NCBI GenBank assembly: GCA_965153285.1
Contig: OZ229111.1
Length of the DNA: 64,000 nucleotides
Origin: Podarcis tiliguerta
Lineage: Eukaryota
Strand: one strand, 5' to 3'
The notes below the pieces were generated by a model. That model searched no databases and was not told where the DNA came from. It was given only the letters and a program-made list of their open reading frames with translations. Made by a program: the position numbers and the translations under genes. The number at the start of each line of letters is the position of its first letter. Positions within the stretch are counted from its first letter, which is position 1. Shown here in pieces: positions 38,937 to 48,512 of the stretch.

Positions 38937-41650
38937 CCGTATTTTTCGTCCTATAAGACGCACTTTTTCCCCTCCAAAAATGAAGGGGAAATGTGTGTGC
39001 GTCCTATGGGGCGAATGCAGGCTTTCGCTGAAGCCTGGAGAGCGAGAGGGATCGGTGCGCACCAACCCCTCTCGCTCTCCAGGCTTCAGGAAGCTATCCG
39101 CAAGTCTTGCAAACCTGGCGGGAGGTCCCGCGGGCTGCCAAGGCTTGCGGGCAGCAGCCTGCAGCCCAAAAGCTCGGGGGACAGCGGGGAGGCGCAGCGC
39201 CGCCACCCCGCTATTCCCCGACCTGGTCTGGAGGCTGGCGGGGGGGGGGGAGAAGCAGGCTTGCTTTCCCCCCCCCTGACAGCCCCACAACCTCGGAGGA
39301 TAGCGGGGAGGCGCAGCGCCGCCACCCCGCTATTCCCCGACCTGGTCTGGAGGCTGGCGGGGGGAGAAGCAGGCTTGCTTTTCCCCCCTGCCAGCCCCAC
39401 AACCTCGGAGGATAGCGGGGAGGCGCAGCGCCACCACCCCGCTATTCCCCGACATGGTCTGGAGGCTGGCGGGGGGGAGAAGCAGGCTTGCTTTTCCACC
39501 CTGACAGCCCCACAACCTCGGGGGATAGCAGGGAGGCGGAGCGCCGCCACCCCGCTATTCCCCCACCTGATCTGGAGGCTGGCGGGGGGGGGGAGAAGCA
39601 GGCTTGCTTTCCCCCCCTGCCAGCCCCACAACCTCGGGGGACAGCGGGGAGGCGCAGCGCCGCCACCCCGCTATTCCCCCACCTGATCTGGAGGCTGGCG
39701 GGGGGGAGAAGCAGGCTTGCTTCTCCCTCCTGCCAGCCCCACAACCTCGGAGGATAGCGGGGAAGCGGAGCACCGCCACCCCGCTATTCTCCGACGTGAT
39801 CTGGAGGCTGGCAGGGGGAGAAGCAGGCTTGCTTCTCCCTCCTGCCAGCCCCACAACCTCGGAGGATAGCGGGGAGGCGGAGCACCGCCACCCCGCTATT
39901 CTCCGACGTGATCTGGAGGCTGGCAGGGGGAGAAGCAGGCTTGCTTTTCCCCCCTGCCAGCCCCACAACCTCGGAGGATAGCGGGGAGGCGCAGCGCCGC
40001 CACCCCGCTATTCTCCGACGTGATCTGGAGGCTGGCGGGGGGAGAAGCAGGCTTGCTTCTCCCTCCTGCCAGCCCCACAACCTCGGAGGATAGCGGGGAG
40101 GCGGAGCACCGCCACCCCGCTATTCTCCGACGTGATCTGGAGGCTGGCAGGGGGAGAAGCAGGCTTGCTTTTCCCCCCTGCCAGCCCCACAACCTCGGAG
40201 GATAGCGGGGAGGCGCAGCGCCGCCACCCCGCTATTCCCCGACCTGGTCTGGAGGCTGGCGGGGGGAGAAGCAGGCTTTCTTCTCCCCCCTGCCAGCCCC
40301 ACAACCTCGGAGGAAAGAGGGGAGGCGGAGCACCGCCACCCCGCTATTCTCCGACGTGATCTGGAGGCTGGCAGGGGGAGAAGCAGGCTTGCTTCTCCCT
40401 CCTGCCAGCCCCACAACCTCGGAGGATAGCGGGGAGGCGGAGCACCGCCACCCCGCTATTCTCCGACGTGATCTGGAGGCTGGCAGGGGGAGAAGCAGGC
40501 TTGCTTCTCCCTCCTGCCAGCCCCACAACCTCGGAGGATAGCGGGGAGGCGGAGCACCGCCACCCCGCTATTCTCCGACGTGATCTGGAGGCTGGCAGGG
40601 GGAGAAGCAGGCTTGCTTCTCCCCCCTGCCAGCCCCACAACCTCGGAGGAAAGCGGGGAGGCGGAGCACCGCCACCCCGCTATTCTCCGACGTGATCTGG
40701 AGGCTGGCAGGGGGAGAAGCAGGCTTGCTTCTCCCTCCTGCCAGCCCCACAACCTCGGAGGATAGCGGGGAGGCGGAGCACCGCCACCCCGCTATTCTCC
40801 GACATGATCTGGAGGCTGGTGGGGGGGAGAAGCAGGCTTGCTTTTCCCCCCTGCCAGCCCCACAACCTGGGGGATAGCGGGGAGGCGGAGAACCACCACC
40901 CCGCTATTCCCCGACCTGATTTGGAGGCTGGGGGGGGGGGAGAAGCAGGCTTGCTTTCCCCCCCTGCCAGCCCCACAACCTCGGAGGATAGCGGGGAGGC
41001 GGAGCACCGCCACCCCGCTATTCTCCAACATGATCTGGAGGCTGGGGGGGGGAGAAGCAGGCTTGCTTTTCCCCACTGACAGCCCCACAACCTCGGGGGA
41101 TAGCGGGGAGGCGCAGCGCCGCCACCCCGCTATTCCCCGACCTGGTCTGGAGGCTGGCGGGGGGAAAAGCAGGCTTGCTTTTCCCCACTGACAGCCCCAC
41201 AACCTCGGGGGATAGCGGGGAGGCGCAGCGCCGCCACCCCGCTATTCCCCGACCTGGTCTGGAGGCTGGCGGGGGGAGAAGCAGGCTTGCTTCTCCCCCC
41301 TGCCAGCCCCACAACCTCGGAGGATAGCGGGGAGGCGGAGCACCGCCACCCCGCTATTCCCCCACCTGATCTGGAGGCTGGGGGGGGGGAGAGAGAAGCA
41401 AGCTTGCTTCTCCCCCCCCCCCACCAGCCCCACAACCTCGGGGGACAGCGGGGCAAGCCGCTGCCCCACGGAGGCTAGAGAGGCTGTCCCTGAAGGCAGA
41501 AGAGGGAGACGGTGCGCTCCGTCTCCCTCTTCTAGCTTGGGTATGGCTGCGCAAACCTGGGGGGGAAATAAATTTTTTTTTCTTGATTTCCCCCCCCAAA
41601 AACTTGGTGCGTCCTATGGGCCGGTGCGTCCTATAGGGCGAAAAATACGG
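38937..41650. mobile_element. Non-autonomous Tc1/mariner (Tc2-like) DNA transposon carrying an internal tandem array
   Basis: TIRs CCGTATTTTTCGTCCTATAAGACGCAC and GTGCGTCCTATAGGGCGAAAAATACGG, with TA on both sides (38935-36, 41651-52). CCGTATTT termini are recalled as typical of Tc2-group elements. No transposase ORF. Confidence 0.88.
39172..41468. repeat. About 20.5 copies of a 112-bp GC-rich tandem repeat, two hairpins per unit
   Basis: The unit can be read directly. Recurrent ORF boundaries at 39784, 39896, 40008, 40120 ... 40792 are spaced exactly 112 bp apart. Confidence 0.97.
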
Positions 41651-43197
41651 TACTTTGTAGCAGATATGTTGACATATCTGATATATTTGCACCTCCCTCC
41701 TTCGACTAGTCATTTACACACATTGACAGCCTTGGGATGGGGAAACCTAACAAGCCACCAACCCAGTGGTTCAAGGTGATATTCAGTGTCACCAGCCCAT
41801 CCTGTGGGCATCTGCAGGCATCCTTGCTTTAGGCTTTCAGGTGTCTCTTGAAGACTTTCTTACACTGACAGGCCTATGCAGTATTTGATCTTTCTTTTTT
41901 TTAAAGTTTTATAATTTTTTAATATTGTTGTTGGATTATGAGAAGGTGGTACAGAAATACTTTTAAAAGAAAAATAAAATTTACAGAAAAGAGAATCCAA
42001 GAATTTGCAAAATGAGAGCAAAAAAATTAAAGAAAATACTGAAACCCAAAAATATAAATTCTTAAGAGAAGGTAAAGCAGTTGCAACAACTGAGGAATTG
42101 GTGGCAGCTGCTTATGACTAAATGTTCAAAGAGACATCAGTGATACAGTGTCATTTAATAAAAGAGATTGTTGGCCATGTATACCCTGCACTTAAAAATG
42201 GTGCCAAAGTAACCTAAATGCATAGAGGCTTCAGGATGTAGAAATTTGCAGGCAAATTCATGCAGACTAAGCACATTTGCATTTTTAATTTTACACGCTT
42301 TTTTCAGTCACACAGAGGACAGTACACTGTGCAGGTAAATGAACCCTTGCATGCTGAAGACTGCAGGACATTTGAAGTTCTGACCACTGGAAATTTTCTC
42401 CTTTCTCACCAGCTCCTCTGGCTACTTCCATTAGCAATGCCTGCTCATTTTTGAGCCTAGCATATAACTCTTATGGGCTAGAAACTTACTTTTTAAATTT
42501 ACAGTATATATATCTTAAATTCACAGAATGTTGGCTATGTTCCTTCATATGCGTGGTGCAGTTTTATGTTTATATTTTTAGGAGCTAGATAATGTTTTGT
42601 GTGCAATTTAACTTTTTTGTTTCTGAATAATTGCAGCTGATTCTTCTCCTATGAGATCCGCTGTGGCAAGTTGATGCATATTTTAGTTACTTCTGGGAGT
42701 ACTTATCCTATGCTAGGACAACTATATTATTAGTAGTAATCCCTATTGGTGGTCGATTTTATAGTCTTAAAGGCTGGATAGATGGATGGCACCGTAATTC
42801 ATAGCTTGTATGCTATAAATCGCCTGATTTGCTCTCAAAATCTAGGAAGGTTGACAATGAACTTTAAGCAGCAGTAAAAGAGTTCCCTCTGCCATTCCAT
42901 GCTTTGAAATTGCGAGAGGGAAAAGCACTTACAGCCTATAATGTATTGTTTGAGCACGCAGTGACAATGCTGTACGCTCACAAATAGAAGCTGTGATTTT
43001 TAATAGACTTGCATGTTTTCAGCTTTCGCGATAAAGGCAGAGAAGTAATTAAGCACCTGGAGGCTTGCCAGGTTCTATATAAGGTTTGTCCCCAGTATTG
43101 TAGTTAGTGCTGGTATGCCAAGTGTGTGTAGCACTGCTGTTTAGAGAAGGAAAGAAGAGGATGGAAACATGAAGGAGGCAGGAATGTATTTGCATGC

Positions 43198-43851
43198 AGC
43201 CAATCGGCAATATGCGGCTGTTCTTTTGGCTGACTTTCAAAAACCAGAAGAAAAGCAGCCACCGTGCTAATTGTGGCTAGGTCTCGAAGTGAAAATGTTT
43301 TGTGACAGTTGAAAGAATTTAAAGAGGAAGGAAGATCGGTTTAGTGTCAGCTGCAATTAGATAATCAAAGCTTTAAAATCCTCATCTGTTGATACCTTAC
43401 CCAGAGTTAAGGGGGCTGTGTGCTGCTGGAGGTGGGGGTAGGAGTCTCCCTGTGAGGAAAGGGCATTTCCAAAGCCAGCACAGCTAGGGCCTGAGCAAGC
43501 TTGCAGGTTGTCTGGGCGCACACTTGCACTGAGCGATTTTCTTGGCAGCTCTACAGGATGAGGCTCACTCTGTACACAGCCGACATATTGAAGCCGAGAG
43601 CCCAGGCGAACCTAGATGCAGGAGGGGAGACAGCTCTGCACACAATGTAGCGTCTCCTAGGATGGTTGGGCAGCACCTTTTCTCAGGTATTTCATTACTC
43701 GTTGGCCCCTATAGAGCAGCAAGGGGGGGGGGGAAGGGGGCAAATGGCATCTGCTTCTGTTAAATCAGTTTATTACATAATGTTTCAGAGACAGCAGCAG
43801 CAGCACAGCGTCCTAAGCTTTTGGCTGCCTTTCAGGTTTGATAAAATGGCG
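43198..43851 (+). promoter_or_regulatory. Possible internal promoter region (CCAAT box, YY1-like motif)
   Basis: AGCCAATC at 43198 and AAAATGGCG at 43843, with locally raised GC/CpG around the candidate exon. Confidence 0.35.
43549..43686 (+). CDS. TNRC6C: Candidate alternative TNRC6C exon: 138-nt in-frame cassette, or first exon starting at ATG 43662 (MVGQHLFS|D)
   Basis: Acceptor gattttcttggcag| and donor CAG|gtattt are both phase 1 with no stop between them. ATG 43662 is in a strong Kozak context (AGGATGG). Splices in frame to exon 45924. Confidence 0.5.
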
Positions 43852-45923
43852 TCCTCAGAGAAAGAGCTGCTTGCTAAAGATATGCTGCGCTGGGCAAAAA
43901 AATGAAGTTGTTATTTGTCATTATCTACTGCTGTTTGGTTTTGGAGTGTTAGTGTTTCATGGAGTACTCACTATCTAATAATGAAGAATGCTCTTTTTTA
44001 CGCTGCTCAGCTCTTTTTCTGAACGCATTAAAGGTTCCCACATCAGACGGAACATACTTTGTAGCATACCGTAGTGAAGAAAATTAAAAGAGTAATAGGC
44101 TTTTCCACATGCGTTGCCTAATTTTGGATTTTGTCTCTAAATAAAGCTGTTTTATTTAGCGTTCTCATCTCTTAACCCTTCCACATTTGCATATGCCTTT
44201 CTGGGAAAGTCTTGACAGCTTCAGCATTTATGGAGTCAGTGTTGTTGTGAAAGCAAACTTGCAGGACAGATTCCCACTTAAATGTTTGTGCTTTTTGAAT
44301 TCCTGACTGCATAAACAAGTATTTCAGCTACTAGAATGAAAGAAACAAATAGAAAGAAGCTGACTTCTTGGATGCTTTCAAATTTGTACTAGTTTTGAGA
44401 TTAGTTCTGACCTCAGATCTAAGTGCTGATCAAATCAGTCAATGTCTGTTCATGTTGGTAAACATACAAGCTTAACCATTTCCCATTGAAATTGAATGGA
44501 GTTTTTTTGTTCCAGGATGCACATTTATAGTGAACGTCCATGTTTTTCTTCATAAGGTTACATTTTCACTCTGATTTTGAGATTGCTTTCTGATATGTTT
44601 TGATCATTTAAAATACTGATTATGATATCAGATCTTGGAGTTACATTAAAATGTTCATTGAGGTCATGGTACTGATTACTTTGTATTTCCGTCAGGGAAG
44701 TTATTGTTGCCCCAAATTAGAATTGTGGAATTTTGTCACATCGGTCTTAAAAAACTCAAATTGTCGAAACCTACAGCATTAACAGTTTAGGGGCTGGCTT
44801 ATATCTGGACGAGGCACAGTGTAACAGCTGTTTGAGAAGATCCAGCTTATTTGTAGAGGGAGATTGGCCTGTCAATCAAGTATCATTTTAAAGTCCCAAA
44901 TCATATATGACAAGTACAGAACATGCAATTTATATTTAATAGCTATCAGTGCTATAGTACAAAATGTAAGTGATCTTCATTATTAACTACCGTCATAGTT
45001 ACCTTTTTTTTAAAGCACCCATCTTTTTGATTGTTCATATACATTAAATGAATGAAAGGCCTCAATCCTGCAGCTATTTACAAGCGGTTCTCTCTATTAT
45101 ACCTTGTGATTTCTAATCTATGACCTTGGTCTAAGAGCCTAGGCCTGTCCTTTGCTGTGATGTGGACTAGTATGTTGGCTCCTGTTCGAAGAGACCCAGT
45201 CCTGTGCACCAGAACTATGTGTGGCTCCACCTTCTGAGCTAGAGTGATAGTATGTATGCCAACGAGTACCAGACGTGTCATCAAAGTCTTAGTTTACAGT
45301 GATAATACTTTCTAAAGTATTTCTTTGATTTCATTTCATGCATTGAAAACATACAACTGAAAGTGATAACAACTCATATGTTTGAGAAATATTTTAATAT
45401 TGGAAATCAGTCCTCACAGTGAAGTTTTTATCTCTGTTTCTAAATTTAACAAGGCATGAATAACTGTTCGTTGACCACAGAATACGCTTGATTGGTTTTG
45501 TAGATTTTTTCTTTCATTTCTAGTTCCCCTTTAATAGTTCAGCTTAAAATGTATGTGGCATATAGGAAAATATTGGAAATTGCATGCCCCAAAGTATTGC
45601 TTATTATATCTGACCCTATTAGTGCAACCTAATAAAAGAGAAATAGTACTATTGTCTGCATGTAAATCCTTTGTGTATTAGCACTGAATATACTTGTTTT
45701 TTCAGAACCTAGAATTCAAAATGCATTATTATGCTTATTGAAGAATTTGTTTGTATTCACAAGCCGTGCTTCTCCAAGGCTTAGTGAAAGTTGGGAACCC
45801 CTACCCATAAGCTAGACTATAAAGGACTATAAAGAATGTAAACATAACAATCAAGCCAGAGTTCAACTGATGTATCTGGGTCATTGGATAGCAGACTAAT
45901 TTACATCATGTTTAATTTTTCAG

Positions 45924-48512
45924 ACCTTGGTCACAGCGGATTGGGAGACCATTATGAGAATACTCACTGGGGACAGCAGCCCACTTTCCGAAGTGAAGCC
46001 AATTGCAGCTGGGATAAAGTGATAATAGACAGGACTGACAAGGAAGCGTGGCCTTCCATTACAGGAACTGAGACTGAATCTGCCTCAGAATGTACTACAG
46101 ACACTGACTCTGCCTCCAACTGTGGCTCAGAGAACAGTAGCATGGCTACAGGGAGTGCCCAAGGCAACTTCACTGGACATACAAAGAAACCCAATGGCAA
46201 TAATGGCACCAATGGAGCACTCATCCAAAGCACCTCTAACCAGAGTGCCCTTGGAACTGGTGGGGCAAATGGTAATGGAAATTCAGCCAGAGTGTGGGGT
46301 GTTGCCACAGGTTCCAACTCTGGCTTAGCTCATTGCTCTGCCAGTGGTGGGGATGGAAAGATGGACAACATGATTGGAGATGGTAGAAGTCAAAATTGCT
46401 GGGGTGCTTCCAACTCAAATGCTGGCATTAATCTTAACCTTAATCCAAATGCCAATCCAGCTGCCTGGCCTGTACTCGGACATGAAGGAACTGTGGGAGC
46501 AGGCAACCCTTCCAGTATTTGCAGTCCAGTCAGTGCCATAGGTCAGAACATGGGCAACCAGAATGGGANNNNNNNNNNNNNNNNNNNNNNNNNNNNNNNN
46601 NNNNNNNNNNNNNNNNNNNNNNNNNNNNNNNNNNNNNNNNNNNNNNNNNNNNNNNNNNNNNNNNNNNNNNNNNNNNNNNNNNNNNNNNNNNNNNNNNNNN
46701 NNNNNNNNATGAACTCTTCACCAAACCCTATCAATGCAATGCAGACAAATGGACTGCCGAACTGGGGCATGGCTGTTGGCATGGGGGCCATCATTCCGCC
46801 CCACCTGCAAAGCCTTCCTGGTGCTAATGGGACATCAGTTTCTCAAGTCAGTGGGGGAAGTGGTGAAGGAATGGGCAATTCAGTGTGGGGGATATCCCCA
46901 GGTAATCCTGCCACAGGAAACAGCAATTCTGGGTTCAGTCAGGGGAATGGAGACACTGTGAACTCAGCATTAAGTGCTAAACAAAATGGATCCAGCAGTG
47001 CTGTACAAAAGGAAGGGAATGGAACAAGTGCATGGGATTCGGGGCCTCCTGCTGGTCCTGGGATCTTAGCATGGGGCAGGGGCAGTGGCAACAGTGGCGT
47101 TGGTAATATGCATTCTGGTGCTTGGGGCCACCCAAGCCGCAGCACCAGTAATGGCGTTAATGGTGAATGGAGCAAGCCCCCAAACCAGCATTCCAGTAAT
47201 GACATCAATGGGAAAGGATCAACAGGGTGGGATAGCTCTAGTGTTACCAGCCAGAATCCTGCCATGCAGCAGGGCAATGAACAAATAAACTCTTGGGCCA
47301 AAGCTGCAGCATCTGGCAACACAGGTAGTGAAGGCAGTAATGATAGCAATGGGAGTCAGAATGAAGGCAGTACTGGGAGGGAAGGAACTGGAGAGGCTCG
47401 AAGAAGAGACAAGGGAATGCTAGACCAAGGACAAGTCCAGTTGCCAAGGAATGACCTTGACCCAAGGGTTCTGTCCAACACTGGATGGGGACAGACTCCT
47501 GTAAAACAAAACACTGCCTGGGAATTTGAAGAATCCCCAAGGTCTGAACGAAAGAATGACAATGGAACTGAGGCCTGGGGTTGTGCAGCTACTCAGCCTT
47601 CAAACTCGGGGGGCAAGAATGATGGGTCCATCATGAACAGTACAAATACCTCTTCAGTATCTGGGTGGGTCAGCTCTCCACCTGCAACAGTTCCAACTAA
47701 TACAGGTTGGGGCGACAACAATAACAAAGCGCCAAATGGCCCAGGGGGATGGGGAGAGCCGGCAAGTTCTACTGCTGTCAATAATGCTGCTGCTGCCAAA
47801 AGTGGCCACACTTGGAGTGGGACCACAAATCAGGAGGACAAGTCGCCTACTTGGGGTGAACCTCAGAAACCCAAATCTCAAAACTGGGGAGATGGACAGA
47901 AATCGAATCCAGGCTGGACTTCAGGGGGTGGAGATTGGGTTGATTCCTCATCTGTCCCTGGACACTTGGGAGATGGGAAAAAGAATGGTTCTGGATGGGA
48001 TGCTGACAATAGAGCAGGGTCTGGCTGGAATGATACTACACGTTCTGGGACCACTGGATGGGGAAATGGCACAAACAGCAAGGCTAATACAGGTACGAGC
48101 TGGGGGGAATCGTTAAAACCTGGTCCTCAACAGAATTGGGCTTCTAAATCCCAGGACAACAACGTGAGTAATTGGGGAGGAGCTGCTTCTGTTAAACAGA
48201 CTGGATCAGGATGGGTTGGTGGACCAGTGCCAGCCAAACAGAAAGATAGTAGTGAAGCAACGGGGTGGGAAGAGCCCTCTCCACCATCCATTCGGCGCAA
48301 GATGGAGATTGATGATGGTACCTCAGCTTGGGGTGACCCAAATTACAATAACAACAAGACTGTAAACATGTGGGATAGAAACAATCCTGTAATCCAGAGC
48401 AGTACCACAACCGCCACCACTAGCACCACCATTATCAACGCAAACATGGCTGAACCTCAGCCACCGCACCAGTCAAGTGCCCAGTCAAACCGGTCCCCGC
48501 TGCTTGGTCCAG
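45924..48512 (+). CDS. TNRC6C: TNRC6C large GW/WG-repeat exon (Argonaute-binding domain)
   Basis: Acceptor taatttttcag| and donor CAG|gtatga. 2589 nt, phase 1 to phase 1. Contains MATGSAQGNFTGHTKK (ATG at 46142), many GW/WG repeats, and the AGO-binding motifs DPRVLSNTGWGQTP and WEEPSPPSIRRKMEIDDGTSAWGDP. Confidence 0.98.
46569..46708. other. 140-nt run of N inside the large coding exon
   Basis: Direct reading. The reading frame is continuous across it. Confidence 0.99.

Noticed and set aside
39172-41468. CRISPR array interpretation of the palindromic repeats
   Set aside because: There are no unique spacers (the whole unit repeats), no cas genes, and the context is a vertebrate intron.
39172-41468. 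Hammerhead-ribozyme satellite or retrozyme multimer (as in newt satellite 2)
   Set aside because: No CUGANGA plus GAAA core is visible on either strand of the consensus unit. Other ribozyme classes would need an Infernal/Rfam scan to exclude.
38826-41779. Dozens of overlapping ORFs (up to 286 aa) on both strands across the array, as a possible transposase or repeat protein
   Set aside because: They are by-products of a GC-rich, stop-poor 112-bp repeat whose period is not a multiple of 3. There are no DDE/HTH motifs and no splice-compatible structure.
43846-43905. Short ORF MASSEKELLAKDMLRWAKK
   Set aside because: It ends in a stop with no usable donor. The ATG is better explained as part of a YY1-like motif.
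45884-45923. ORF-track start MDSRLIYIMFNFS and the read-through tail MIQLLF... after 48512
   Set aside because: These are intronic extensions beyond the splice acceptor at 45923 and the donor at 48513.
45964-48410. Antisense and alternate-frame ORFs over the large exon
   Set aside because: These are shadows of the TNRC6C coding frame.
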